Part shown: positions 39,769 to 49,842 of the stretch, one piece after another
Position numbering within the stretch: the first letter of the stretch is position 1
How the letters are laid out: each line of letters opens with the position of its first letter
Assembly: GCA_040882445.1 (NCBI GenBank)
Contig: JBBEBH010000020.1
Coordinates: 43,023 to 107,022, forward strand
Source: Ferruginibacter sp.
GTDB taxonomy: Bacteria; Bacteroidota; Bacteroidia; Chitinophagales; Chitinophagaceae
Length of the DNA: 64,000 nt
Direction: 5' to 3'
Program-made: the position numbers and the translations under genes
The notes under the pieces: generated by a model
What the model saw: the letters and a program-made list of their open reading frames with translations, nothing else
What the model was told of the DNA's origin: nothing
The model's database searches: none

Positions 39769-41097
39769 TTACTTTCTTCTCAACCATTTTTCAGGATCAA
39801 AACTGCTTCTTTCGTCGCTCATAAAAAAGTCTACAGTACCAATACCCTCTAAGTTAGGCGCTACTCTTCCTAGCGTTTGACCAGTTATAACTTCTTGCCC
39901 TGCTTTTACCCCCACACCCGAAAGATTGCTGTAAGTAGTGAAATATTTACCGTGCTGAATAATCACTACTTCCATACCATCTATTGGTAATACATTGGAT
40001 ACTAATCCTGCAAAAACAGCTTTTACAGGCGCACCAATTTCTGCTGAAATGGTAACAGCTGTATTCACCACGTCACTTCCGCTCGGCAATTTATTGGGTC
40101 CATAATGCATCAACACATTTCCTTTATCAACCGGCCATGGTAACGAGCCCCTGTTTTGTTCAAACTTAACATTCAATGCTATCTTGGCGTCGGTGTTCAA
40201 TAAAACATTTTCAGGAGCTAGTTTTTTGATGGGTGCTGTTGTAGTTTCCTTCACTTTAACGGGCTTATTATCTCCCCCGTCTTTTACAGATGGAGGTGCT
40301 TTTGTAGTCAATTTTTCTTTCTCTACCCGTTTCCGTTCGTCTTCCTTGGCTTTGGCAATAGCTGCTTTTCTAGCGTCTTCTTGTGCTTTTTTAATAGCGG
40401 CAGTGATGGCATTATTTACTTTTGTCATCTGCTTCTTCTTGGCAGCAATCTGGCTGTTGAGCGATTTCCCTTGCAACTTTAGTTTAGCTACAATGCGATC
40501 TTTTTCTTTTTGTTCTGATTCTAAAATAGCCAGCTCTTTAGCTTTTGATTGCAGACTGGTATTTTTTTCTTTTTTACTTCCACCAAGATCTTCAATTTTT
40601 TTTTGACGTAGCTCTTGTGTTCGAATAATATTTTGTCCCTGAATCTCCTGATAATTTCTGTAACTTTTTAAATAAGCTACTCTTTTGATGGCATCATTAA
40701 AACTAGAAGCAGAAAAAATAAAATTTAAAAAATCGTAATTGCCCCTGTTTTTATAAGCATACACCATACTTTTAGCATATTCATCTTTCAGGGTATCTAA
40801 TAGTTTATTATAGCGATTGATGTCGCGTTGTATGCCGTATATATTGTTATCGAGTATTTTGAGCTCTTTATTGATATTGTTTACTACTCGATCTTGGAGA
40901 TCCACTTTATTACTAATTAATTTCCATTGAAGCAACCCCTCTTTGGTTTGTTGTTTGTTGCTATTCAACTGTTTTTCCGTTTCTTCAATTTCTTTTCGAA
41001 GCTGAACACGTTGTTTTTCCAGTTCTTCGCGTGTTTGAGCCATACTCATCAATGTAAACACTGATAATAAGATAGTTGAAAAAAAATGTTTGAGCAT
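39769..41097 (-). CDS. M23 family peptidase with N-terminal coiled coil (EnvC-like murein hydrolase activator)
   Basis: 442 aa. Signal peptide, long K/E-rich coiled coil, and a C-terminal LytM domain (IIQHGKYFTTYSNL). Confidence 0.85.
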   Translation of the reverse strand: MLKHFFSTILLSVFTLMSMAQTREELEKQRVQLRKEIEETEKQLNSNKQQTKEGLLQWKLISNKVDLQDRVVNNINKELKILDNNIYGIQRDINRYNKLLDTLKDEYAKSMVYAYKNRGNYDFLNFIFSASSFNDAIKRVAYLKSYRNYQEIQGQNIIRTQELRQKKIEDLGGSKKEKNTSLQSKAKELAILESEQKEKDRIVAKLKLQGKSLNSQIAAKKKQMTKVNNAITAAIKKAQEDARKAAIAKAKEDERKRVEKEKLTTKAPPSVKDGGDNKPVKVKETTTAPIKKLAPENVLLNTDAKIALNVKFEQNRGSLPWPVDKGNVLMHYGPNKLPSGSDVVNTAVTISAEIGAPVKAVFAGLVSNVLPIDGMEVVIIQHGKYFTTYSNLSGVGVKAGQEVITGQTLGRVAPNLEGIGTVDFFMSDERSSFDPEKWLRRK

Positions 41098-41172
41098 GAA
41101 AGAAAATTAAAGAGATGTACAAAATAGAAACCAACTATGAACTAGTAAGTAGTGTTTACTTAAAAGTAACGA

Positions 41173-41991
41173 TTATTTCTTTTTATAATTTTTTGGAACA
41201 GAAAATGATACTGATAATTCTTTGTTAAACTCAAATTGTTTAAAGTTTAATCGAATATCGATTTTATTTTTTTCAGAAATTATGATTTGACGTTTGGTAG
41301 AAAATTTTATTTCGTAATCGTCGTAAGTAATACTGGCAGTTCTATTTCGGTTGATGTTTATGTCATCCAACTTACTATGTTTTAATAAATAATTATCTAG
41401 GGTCAAGCTTAGTAAATTTTTAAAATCATCGCCCCAAGATGACCCTAGCAAATATTGATCTGTTTTTCTAAAACTAGCATTTTTTGCTTCAAAAAAAATA
41501 GGATTCCCAATGATCATATCTTGGAGGGTTTGAAAGTTGAACGGGATTTCTGTAACCTCCTGAAGGTAATCAAGAGAACGGTATTGCACCTCCTTATCTT
41601 GTTTGTTGAGCAATATCACACTGTCTTTGGTAATATAGGCTCTGTATACTTCTATGTTTAAAAAAGTGGCAGTCAGGGAAATCCAAATAGCGCTATCTTT
41701 TACCATTCTAAGAGTAGCAGTGATATCGGGCTGCTTGCCATTTACATTATCTACTTCTACTTTTACTTTGGCATTAAAAGTTTTAAAATTGATGTAATTA
41801 CTATCTAGTTTATGAAGTGTTTGTTTTACAAATTCTACAGAGTCTTTAAAAAGTTTATCCGTATTATTTACTATAACATCTGTGGCAGTATCCTTGGTAA
41901 TAATTGAACTGCTGATTTGTTGTTTGGTGGCAGTGCATCCAAACAAAGTACATTGAACTGTTAATATAAAAAGTAGATAAAATATTCTCAT
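41173..41991 (-). CDS. DUF4292 (LolB-like) lipoprotein
   Basis: 272 aa. Lipobox TLFGC. FNAKVKVEV...ATLRMVKDSAIWISL pattern. Confidence 0.6.
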   Translation of the reverse strand: MRIFYLLFILTVQCTLFGCTATKQQISSSIITKDTATDVIVNNTDKLFKDSVEFVKQTLHKLDSNYINFKTFNAKVKVEVDNVNGKQPDITATLRMVKDSAIWISLTATFLNIEVYRAYITKDSVILLNKQDKEVQYRSLDYLQEVTEIPFNFQTLQDMIIGNPIFFEAKNASFRKTDQYLLGSSWGDDFKNLLSLTLDNYLLKHSKLDDININRNRTASITYDDYEIKFSTKRQIIISEKNKIDIRLNFKQFEFNKELSVSFSVPKNYKKK

Positions 41992-42005
41992 GTATAGTAA
42001 AGGTA

Positions 42006-42452
42006 TTACTGAACACCTGTATGACCAAAACCTCCGGCTGCTCTAACAGTATCTGTCAATTCTTGTACCAATACCAAACTGGCTACTTCAATTTTAACGA
42101 ATACCATTTGTGCGATACGGTCGCCGTGCAGAATTTGTTGTGGCTGGTTACTTAAATTAATGAGTAATACTTTAATCTCCCCCCTATAATCGCTGTCAAC
42201 AGTGCCTGGAGAATTTAAACAAGTTAGTCCTTGTTTTACTGCCAAACCGCTTCTGGGTCTCACTTGGGCTTCTAATCCTAGAGGCATTTCAATAAACAAG
42301 CCTGTAGGTATTAGCATTCGCTCAAGCGGCTGTAGTATCACTGGCTCACTCAACTGTGCCCTCAAATCCATACCCGACGATCCCTCTGTGGCATATTGGG
42401 GCAAAACGTTGTTCGACTTGTTGATGACTTTAACAGTTAATACATCATTCAT
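42006..42452 (-). CDS. dut: dUTP diphosphatase
   Basis: 148 aa. [26 protein letters not shown] and GGFGHTG motifs. Confidence 0.95.
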   Translation of the reverse strand: MNDVLTVKVINKSNNVLPQYATEGSSGMDLRAQLSEPVILQPLERMLIPTGLFIEMPLGLEAQVRPRSGLAVKQGLTCLNSPGTVDSDYRGEIKVLLINLSNQPQQILHGDRIAQMVFVKIEVASLVLVQELTDTVRAAGGFGHTGVQ

Positions 42453-42469
42453 ATTGTTTGTTTTTAAAT

Positions 42470-44572
42470 TTATCGAATTAGTGTTACTGTACCCTTATCT
42501 GTTTGTATGAATCCAGCCTTGTTTTTATAAGTCATCATCCAAACATACGCGCCTGCTACAGCAGGTTTACCTTTCACCCTACCATCCCATTTTGCAAATG
42601 AGTCTTTACTGGTAAAAATCAATTGTCCGTATCGGTTGTAAATATAAAAACTATAAATGGTAGAATTGAGTCCATTGGTAAGCCCAAAGGTTTCATTCAA
42701 TCCATCTCCATTCGGTGAAAATGCCGATGGAATAAACGATTCACAATCGCCCCAGTTGGTTTGCAAAGTATCAGAAGCAACACAACCGGCTGCATTGGTG
42801 ACCCTCACCCGATAATTTCCTGGAACATTTACTTCGATAGAAGGTGATGTAGATCCGGTACTCCATAAATAGGTATTTGCTGTTGTATTAGCGTTAATTA
42901 CAACTGGTTTATTCAAACATACCAACAAGTCATCTCCTAAAGTTACAGTGGCAGTAAGCTTTTGATTAATTACAGTACTGTCTCTAAAAGTACAGCCATT
43001 ATTGGTAACTTCTAGCCAGTAGAGCCCAGCGCTATTAACTGAAATTTGAGGCGTTATTGCTCCAGTGCTCCATAAATAATTAGACCCCGTAATAGAGGAT
43101 GAAATATTTAGGTTAGGGATGATACAATAGCCAGTATCTGCAGGTAAAAAATTATTTAGATTAGATAAAGCAACATTTACACTGTGTACAATTAATTCTG
43201 ATAATGCGCCACAATCATTTTTGAAAACCTGCAGCGAAACTATATACGTTCCGCCATTTGCATAAGTGTGCAACGGAGAAAATGAAGTAGAAAAACTCCC
43301 ATCACCAAAATTCCATAAAACAGAATCGAGTCCGGTTGTTTTATTGATACTAAACTGAATATTAAAACTACTACAGTTGCCTTGTGAAGAAAAGTCGAAT
43401 GGGGTAAAACTAGTATCCAAATCACTAGCTATAAAATTGGGTAATCCAAATTGTATAGGATCTCCAACAGAAGCAAACCGCAGGGCATTGTACACATAGT
43501 TACATCCAGTTCCTGCAATATTAGGACTGTTGATCACTGAAAGTGCAGTATCTTCCCACATAGAAAAATATATTTTACCGTTTGGTCCTGCTTGTAATGC
43601 ACCTGCCGACCATTTATCATGAGATGCAATAATCTGACGGGAGTTCATGATGGCAGTTTCATTCATTGTGGTGACGTCGAACTGGTATACAACACTCAAC
43701 TCCGTATTGCTTTTTTTTGAACTGATATATAGCAATCTGTTATCGGGAGAAAATTCTGCACCATATACGCCTGTGAAGGCGGTGCCAATAGGAACGATGT
43801 TGGGTTTGAATCTCAGCGGGTTAGATAAGATACCGGTAGAATTGTCAAAATCCATTAACTCTGCCAAATCATTTTCAAATGAGTGCAATGCAATCATTTT
43901 TGAACCATTAGATGAAAACTTGATAGCTCCCAAAGCATTGTTGCTATAACCTCCAACAATCAAACCTGTACTACTCACACGAGGGTTTGCATCAAACCCC
44001 GATGGAGTAAGCAAGTAGGTATAGTATTGGTCAGTATCCCATTTTTTAATTGTGATCCATATATCTCTTTTGTTACAATGCCTCACTGCAGCCAGTTTTT
44101 CGTAACTGTCATCGTCTACCAGCAAATTTTTCTGTATTACTGCCCCCCTACCATTATCTGCCATCATATTGATGATGTTGTACCTAAACCCTTTGAGAGG
44201 CTGTTCTGTAGCGCCTACTGTGAACAAATAATAAATACTATCATTGCCAGGCATGGGTGCTATAACGGTGTTATTGGTACTACTCAAATCGCCCTGAATG
44301 GCTTCACCATTCAACATAATATTGTGTTCTTTATTTACAACACTTAGTCCATTGGTATAAAAAAGTAATTGTCCATTGGCATCAGAAATACTAGCTGTTC
44401 CTTCTACTGCATTCACGGCGCCATTGAATAAAAGCTGGGGTGGGCTTTGGTTAAAATTGAGACCAACTTTTTTTCCAAAATACCAATGGTAAGATTGCTT
44501 TTGAGCATATACAGAAGATAGCAGCAATTGAAAAAAAAGTAATAAAAAAAATGATTGAAACCTATATCTCAT
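42470..44572 (-). CDS. T9SS type B C-terminal sorting domain (gliding-motility-associated CTD) cargo protein
   Basis: 700 aa with a signal peptide. N-terminus YHWYFG...GLNFN is typical. PKD-like segment and two NYLWSTG...VTN..GC repeats. C-terminus [16 protein letters not shown]...GTVTLIR is the type B CTD. Confidence 0.85.
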   Translation of the reverse strand: MRYRFQSFFLLLFFQLLLSSVYAQKQSYHWYFGKKVGLNFNQSPPQLLFNGAVNAVEGTASISDANGQLLFYTNGLSVVNKEHNIMLNGEAIQGDLSSTNNTVIAPMPGNDSIYYLFTVGATEQPLKGFRYNIINMMADNGRGAVIQKNLLVDDDSYEKLAAVRHCNKRDIWITIKKWDTDQYYTYLLTPSGFDANPRVSSTGLIVGGYSNNALGAIKFSSNGSKMIALHSFENDLAELMDFDNSTGILSNPLRFKPNIVPIGTAFTGVYGAEFSPDNRLLYISSKKSNTELSVVYQFDVTTMNETAIMNSRQIIASHDKWSAGALQAGPNGKIYFSMWEDTALSVINSPNIAGTGCNYVYNALRFASVGDPIQFGLPNFIASDLDTSFTPFDFSSQGNCSSFNIQFSINKTTGLDSVLWNFGDGSFSTSFSPLHTYANGGTYIVSLQVFKNDCGALSELIVHSVNVALSNLNNFLPADTGYCIIPNLNISSSITGSNYLWSTGAITPQISVNSAGLYWLEVTNNGCTFRDSTVINQKLTATVTLGDDLLVCLNKPVVINANTTANTYLWSTGSTSPSIEVNVPGNYRVRVTNAAGCVASDTLQTNWGDCESFIPSAFSPNGDGLNETFGLTNGLNSTIYSFYIYNRYGQLIFTSKDSFAKWDGRVKGKPAVAGAYVWMMTYKNKAGFIQTDKGTVTLIR

Positions 44573-45060
44573 TATAGCGTTTGAGTTTTAATAAGCAGGA
44601 GCGTTGCGTGTGCAAATAATCCTTCTTTTCGCCCTGCAAATCCCATGGTTTCTGTGGTGGTTGCTTTGATAGAAACATCATTGATGGTGATATGCAAAAT
44701 ATTTGCAATAGCTTGTTTCATGTCATCTACATACGGCATTATTTTGGGTTCTTCTAAGCAAACAGTGCTGTCAATATTTACAACAGTGTACCCATTTTTA
44801 GTAATGAGCTCGTAACATTTTTGCAACAAAATTTTACTATCGATATTGAGGTAAGCGTTATCGTTGTTAGGAAAGTGTTTACCGATATCCCCTAATGCTA
44901 GGGCTCCGAGCATAGCGTCACAAATAGCGTGTAATAGCACATCTGCATCGCTATGTCCAACACTTCCTTTTGTATGAGGTATTTTAACACCACCTAACCA
45001 TAAATCACGACCTTCCTCTAATTGATGAAAATCTATCCCGTAACCTATTCTCAATTGCAT
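44572..45060 (-). CDS. ispF: 2-C-methyl-D-erythritol 2,4-cyclodiphosphate synthase
   Basis: 162 aa. IGYGIDFHQL and GHSDADVLLHAICDA motifs. Confidence 0.95.
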   Translation of the reverse strand: MQLRIGYGIDFHQLEEGRDLWLGGVKIPHTKGSVGHSDADVLLHAICDAMLGALALGDIGKHFPNNDNAYLNIDSKILLQKCYELITKNGYTVVNIDSTVCLEEPKIMPYVDDMKQAIANILHITINDVSIKATTTETMGFAGRKEGLFAHATLLLIKTQTL

Positions 45061-45096
45061 AGCTATTTTAGGTAAAGTTCAGTAAAACATTTGTAT

Positions 45097-45131
45097 AAAA
45101 AAAGCGTCTCTTTTTGGGAGACGCTTTTTTT
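45097..45131 (-). terminator. Terminator after porV (symmetrical, could act in both directions)
   Basis: Stem agcgtctc / gagacgct flanked by A7 and T7 runs. Confidence 0.75.
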
Positions 45132-45149
45132 ATATACAAAACTATTTTA

Positions 45150-46298
45150 TTAATTTTTATCTAGGTTAAGTGCAACTGAAAAACGCAATGTGTTAGACAA
45201 AGGATTACGATTGATACCAGTACCAGATGGCAATAAGTAAGAGAAGTTGAAGCCAAACATGTTGTAGTTCAACCCAGCACCTACTGTAAAATATTTACGA
45301 TTTCCTTTTTCAGGATTTTCGTAGAAATATCCTGCTCTAACAGAAAACTGCTCTTTGTAAGTGTATTCAGCACCGATAGAAGCTGTTACTTCACGCATTT
45401 CTTCGCCACCACCATCAGGAGCATCTCCGAATGATTTAAACCAGCTACTCACTACACCTTCGTTGCGATAGTCAGCCAAACCTGCGCTATCAGAAGCGCT
45501 TGGAGGAGTTGGTACCAATAATTTATTTAAGTCTAAAGCAAAAGTTACTTTATTGTCAGCATCAAATACTTTAGTATAAGCACCACCTATTCCTAAGTTA
45601 GCGGGAATGAAGTCTTTTTGATTTTCGTCATCTGTGTAAGAGATTTTAGAGCCAAGATTGCTCAAGGTAGCCCCCCAGCTAAATCCGCTGCCATCTTCTT
45701 TTTGGCCATTATGGTAGTAGTGAAGATCACCTGCTACAGAACTTCCTTTTTTGTAGGTAACCCCGTTTACATTTCCGCCTGCAAGGTCAGAACTAATGTA
45801 ACGGATAGCGATACCCAAGCCAGATTTTGCAGATAATTTTCTTGAGTAACCCGCATCAAGAGAGAACTCTCTAGGACGGAAATTATTTAATTGATTACCA
45901 TTAGCATCTGTGAACTGAATGCTACCCAAACTAAAATATCTGAAGCCTACAGATAAAGCTTGGTTCTCATCTAATTGATGATATCCACCCAAAGTAGCCA
46001 AGTATACATCACTTAAACCTAAATCACTCAACCATGGAGTATATGTAACCCCAACATTTGTTTTCTTTTTGGCAAATGGTATCTTACCAAGATTCCAGAA
46101 GCCAGAATAAGCATCTGCAGAGGTTGCTATACCAACATCACCCATACCACCACTACGGGCGTCTGGAGAAATTCTTAAAAATGGGACAGCCGTAGTAACT
46201 ACACTAATGTCATTTACTGTTGATTGAGCCACGGCGTCAAATGATGCACCTGCCAGTAACATAACTATGGCAGTTAGTTTCAAAGTTGCTTTTTTCAT
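45150..46298 (-). CDS. porV: Type IX secretion system outer-membrane shuttle protein PorV (LptO)
   Basis: 382 aa. Signal peptide then AVPFLRISPDARSGGMGDVGIATS, the hallmark of PorV. FadL-like beta-barrel C-terminus. Confidence 0.85.
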   Translation of the reverse strand: MKKATLKLTAIVMLLAGASFDAVAQSTVNDISVVTTAVPFLRISPDARSGGMGDVGIATSADAYSGFWNLGKIPFAKKKTNVGVTYTPWLSDLGLSDVYLATLGGYHQLDENQALSVGFRYFSLGSIQFTDANGNQLNNFRPREFSLDAGYSRKLSAKSGLGIAIRYISSDLAGGNVNGVTYKKGSSVAGDLHYYHNGQKEDGSGFSWGATLSNLGSKISYTDDENQKDFIPANLGIGGAYTKVFDADNKVTFALDLNKLLVPTPPSASDSAGLADYRNEGVVSSWFKSFGDAPDGGGEEMREVTASIGAEYTYKEQFSVRAGYFYENPEKGNRKYFTVGAGLNYNMFGFNFSYLLPSGTGINRNPLSNTLRFSVALNLDKN

Positions 46299-46749
46299 GC
46301 GTTTTGTTTGTCTTGGTTAGGTAGACTTACCTCTATAAGCGTTTAGTTTAATGATTTGGTCGTGTTTGTAAAAATAAAGTAATTAATTGTACAAACAACC
46401 GATTTTTAAATTATTGTTAAAATTATACTACTGATGGAGGTGTAAAATATGTCAATTTTTGAACTCACACCAAAAAACTTTATATAAGTTTTGCTTAATC
46501 GCCCCACAAATATGTGAAAGAAACGCTGGAACAAAAAAATTATTTTTTAAAAACCAATTATTTATAAAAAAAAGTTGTTAATAAAAGGTAGATCAATGGA
46601 AAAAATGAAGCCTTTGTTATAATTATTAAAAAAGTAAGCCAAATTATGTCAGGCTTCCTATAGTTTCATGCAAAGTGCCTATATTGCAGGTTCGTATAAC
46701 CCCTATACAATATTAAAGAGAACCTTTCGTTAAATCATTTGCTAAACGA

Positions 46750-48321
46750 ATGCACATGCAAAAATTAATCTCAGGCAAAAATCTGATCCTGGTAGCTATA
46801 GCTGCCTTCACCTTAACCTCCTGCAAAAACGGTGGGCTTTTTGGAAAGAAAAAACAAAAGTCTGATGTTACCGGCTGGAATTATGATGACAAAAACATGG
46901 GAAACTTCCATGTGGCTAAAGTTAAATACCCCAAAGCCGGCCCTGGCCTTGTATTTGTTCAAGGAGGTTCATTTGTAATGGGTGCCAAAGATGAAGACGT
47001 AATGGGCGATTGGAACAATACTCCCCGCCGCGTTACTGTTCCTTCTTTTTTCATTGATGAAACAGAAATAGCCAACGTTCACTATCGTGAATACTTGTAT
47101 TGGTTAGATAATACTTTTAGTGGTGATACTAACATCACCTACAAAGCCCTTCCCGATACGTTAGTATGGAGAGAAGAGCTGGCTTACAATGAGCCATATG
47201 TAGAATACTATTTCCGTTACCCTTCTTACAACTACTACCCTGTAGTAGGTGTTAAATGGCAACAAGCCTACGATTTCTGTATTTGGAGAACTGACCGCGT
47301 TAATGAGCTCAAACTTATGGAGAATGGTTATCTCAAAAAAGATGCTGTTAAAAGAGAAATGAAAGGGGGTGGAGCTGATGGTTCCTTCAACACAGAAACA
47401 TACTTATTGAATCCAGATTTGATTCAAAGCAGAGGTAAACCTAAAAAATCTGAATTAAAAGATATCAATGGCAAACCAAGGTCTATTGTTAAAATGGAAG
47501 ACGGTGTTCTTAATATGGGCTACCGCCTCCCAACAGAAGCAGAATGGGAATACGCAGCTTATGGTTTGCTGGATCAAAACCCAAGCCCTCGTTTAAAAGA
47601 GAAAAAATCTGGAGAAGAACTTCGTTCAAACCAGCAAATTTACTCATGGAGCAATAATCCAAATGGTTTGAGAGACAATCGCAGAGGTAGCTGGCAGGGT
47701 AAATTCTTAGCCAACTTCAAACGTGGTAGTGGTGATAATATGGGCATTGCAGGTGGTTTAAATGACCGTGCTGCTATACCGGGTCCGGTAAAAGCTTTCT
47801 ATCCAAATGCTTTTGGAATTTACAACATGAGTGGGAATGTAAGTGAGTGGGTAGGTGATGTGTACAGACAGATGACTTCCACAGACGCACAAGATTTTAA
47901 CTACTTCCGTGGTAACAAATTCCAGAAGTATTATAAAAATAGCTCTGGAGAATATGAAAGAGATAGTATGGGTCGTTTGAAGAAATCAGACATTTCTGAT
48001 GAAGAAGTTAAAAATCGTACCAATTACCAAAAAAACAACGTCATAAATTATTTAGATGGTGATTCTGCAAGTCAAGTATTTTATGGCTACGGAGAAACTT
48101 CGCTAGTAGGTGACAAATCAAGAGTGATCAAAGGCGGAAGCTGGAACGATAGAGCTTATTGGCTATCGCCAGGTACACGCCGTTTTATGGAAGAAGATCA
48201 GGGTGCTAGCACTGTAGGTTTCCGTTGTGCTCAAACTTACCTTGGCCCTCCTGAAGGTCCAGGATTTAAAGATGGGAATATCTTCGGAAGTAGAAAGCAA
48301 AATTCTAGAAAGAAAAAATAA
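46750..48321 (+). CDS. gldJ: Gliding motility/T9SS lipoprotein GldJ (SUMF1/FGE-like fold)
   Basis: 523 aa. Lipobox LTSC. RLPTEAEWEYAA, GNVSEWV and GGSW motifs of the FGE-sulfatase fold. Sits between porV and murF. Confidence 0.85.
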   Translation: MHMQKLISGKNLILVAIAAFTLTSCKNGGLFGKKKQKSDVTGWNYDDKNMGNFHVAKVKYPKAGPGLVFVQGGSFVMGAKDEDVMGDWNNTPRRVTVPSFFIDETEIANVHYREYLYWLDNTFSGDTNITYKALPDTLVWREELAYNEPYVEYYFRYPSYNYYPVVGVKWQQAYDFCIWRTDRVNELKLMENGYLKKDAVKREMKGGGADGSFNTETYLLNPDLIQSRGKPKKSELKDINGKPRSIVKMEDGVLNMGYRLPTEAEWEYAAYGLLDQNPSPRLKEKKSGEELRSNQQIYSWSNNPNGLRDNRRGSWQGKFLANFKRGSGDNMGIAGGLNDRAAIPGPVKAFYPNAFGIYNMSGNVSEWVGDVYRQMTSTDAQDFNYFRGNKFQKYYKNSSGEYERDSMGRLKKSDISDEEVKNRTNYQKNNVINYLDGDSASQVFYGYGETSLVGDKSRVIKGGSWNDRAYWLSPGTRRFMEEDQGASTVGFRCAQTYLGPPEGPGFKDGNIFGSRKQNSRKKK

Positions 48322-48336
48322 TTAACAATAGTTCAT

Positions 48337-48365
48337 AAAAAAACCTCCTAATGGGAGGTTTTTTT
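48337..48365 (+). terminator. Rho-independent terminator after gldJ
   Basis: aaaaaaacctcc taatg ggaggttttttt. Confidence 0.8.
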
Positions 48366-48388
48366 ATGAACATCATCCATCGATATAC

Positions 48389-48396
48389 TATTTTTG
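48389..48396 (+). promoter_or_regulatory. Candidate -7 box TATTTTTG only 4 nt before the murF ATG
   Basis: TAnnTTTG match directly after the gldJ terminator. The spacing implies a leaderless or near-leaderless mRNA. Confidence 0.45.
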
Positions 48397-48400
48397 AAAC

Positions 48401-49678
48401 ATGAACCTGATAGCGCTATACGCCATTTATCAACAGCACCCCATTGTAGTAACCGACACCAGAAAAATAATTCCAGGATGCATTTTTATTGCTTTAAAAG
48501 GACCCAACTTCAACGGCAATAGCTATGCAATAGAAGCACTCGAAAAAGGAGCTGCATATTGCATTTGCGATGAATGGACTCTAGAAAAAAACGATCGGAT
48601 TCTGATAGTGGAAAACAGTTTAGAAACCTTACAACAATTGGCACTGCATCATCGCAAACAGTTTAATATTCCTTTTATTGCCATTACTGGCAGCAACGGA
48701 AAAACCACTACCAAAGAATTGGTGAATGCGGTACTTTCTACTAGCTATAAAACCTATACAACCATTGGAAACCTCAACAATCATATCGGTGTTCCACTCA
48801 CTTTGCTCAGTGTTGGGAATGATGCAGAAATGGTGGTGATAGAAATGGGTGCCAATCACCAGAAAGAAATTGAAAGCTACTGTTGCTATACCCTTCCCAC
48901 ACATGGCGTGATCACCAATTGCGGTAAAGCACATTTAGAGGGTTTTGGTGGCGCGGAAGGGGTTAGAAAAGGAAAAGGAGAATTATTCAACTATCTAAGA
49001 ACAAACAATTGCACTGTTTTTATCAACAACGATCTCGATTACTTACTGAGCATGAGCAAGGGCATACAAAAAATAATTGACTATGGCACAACAGCCGGAT
49101 TTGTAACGGGTAATATAGTTGAAGATCAACAATATGTATGCATTAGTTTGGGTGCCGCTGTAAAATTACCTAAAGTTAAAACTCAGTTAGTAGGGGGCTA
49201 TAATTTGTATAACTTACTCACTGCTGCATGTATAGGAAAGTATTTTAATGTAAGTGATGAAAACATCAAAGCCGCTTTTGAAAATTATATCCCTAGCAAC
49301 AGCCGATCGCAACTCATTAGAAAAGGCAGCAACCAAATTGTGTTAGACGCTTATAATGCCAACCCCACTAGTATGAAGGCGGCCATCGTAAATTTTGCCA
49401 ATATGAAAGGCAACAAAAAAATACTGATGTTGGGCGGGATGATGGAATTAGGTGCCGATAGCATACAGGAACACTTAGAAATTGTACAACTAATTGCCTC
49501 CTATTCATGGTATAAAGTGTTATTGGTAGGAAAAGATTATACCCAGCTTCCGGAAGCATTTTTGCATTTTAGCGATGTAAATGAAGCCAGAGTATGGTTC
49601 ATTCAAAACAACCCCTGCGATGCCCATATCTTGATCAAGGGATCGCGGAGTATGCAAATGGAAAAGATCATAGAATGA
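48401..49678 (+). CDS. murF: UDP-N-acetylmuramoyl-tripeptide--D-alanyl-D-alanine ligase
   Basis: 425 aa. P-loop ITGSNGKTTTKE, DAYNANP, and Mur ligase C-terminal domain. Confidence 0.9.
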   Translation: MNLIALYAIYQQHPIVVTDTRKIIPGCIFIALKGPNFNGNSYAIEALEKGAAYCICDEWTLEKNDRILIVENSLETLQQLALHHRKQFNIPFIAITGSNGKTTTKELVNAVLSTSYKTYTTIGNLNNHIGVPLTLLSVGNDAEMVVIEMGANHQKEIESYCCYTLPTHGVITNCGKAHLEGFGGAEGVRKGKGELFNYLRTNNCTVFINNDLDYLLSMSKGIQKIIDYGTTAGFVTGNIVEDQQYVCISLGAAVKLPKVKTQLVGGYNLYNLLTAACIGKYFNVSDENIKAAFENYIPSNSRSQLIRKGSNQIVLDAYNANPTSMKAAIVNFANMKGNKKILMLGGMMELGADSIQEHLEIVQLIASYSWYKVLLVGKDYTQLPEAFLHFSDVNEARVWFIQNNPCDAHILIKGSRSMQMEKIIE

Positions 49679-49702
49679 TTTTAATAAGCCAATCATAGAC
49701 CT

Positions 49703-49710
49703 TACATTTG
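49703..49710 (+). promoter_or_regulatory. Candidate -7 box TACATTTG for tRNA-Ser
   Basis: TAnnTTTG match 42 nt upstream of the mature tRNA 5-prime end. Confidence 0.5.
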
Positions 49711-49752
49711 CAGCCCAATAATCATTTAAGTTCTTTTGATAATAGATTTTAT

Positions 49753-49839
49753 GGAGACGTGTCCGAGTGGTTGAAGGAGCACGCCTGGAAAGTGTGTATA
49801 TGGGAAACTGTATCGCGAGTTCGAATCTCGCCGTCTCCG
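49753..49839 (+). tRNA. tRNA-Ser (anticodon GGA)
   Basis: 87 nt. Acceptor GGAGACG/CGTCTCC, anticodon stem CACGC/GTGTG with loop CTGGAAA, long variable arm, T-arm GCGAG-TTCGAAT-CTCGC. No encoded CCA. Confidence 0.95.
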
Positions 49840-49842
49840 CAT

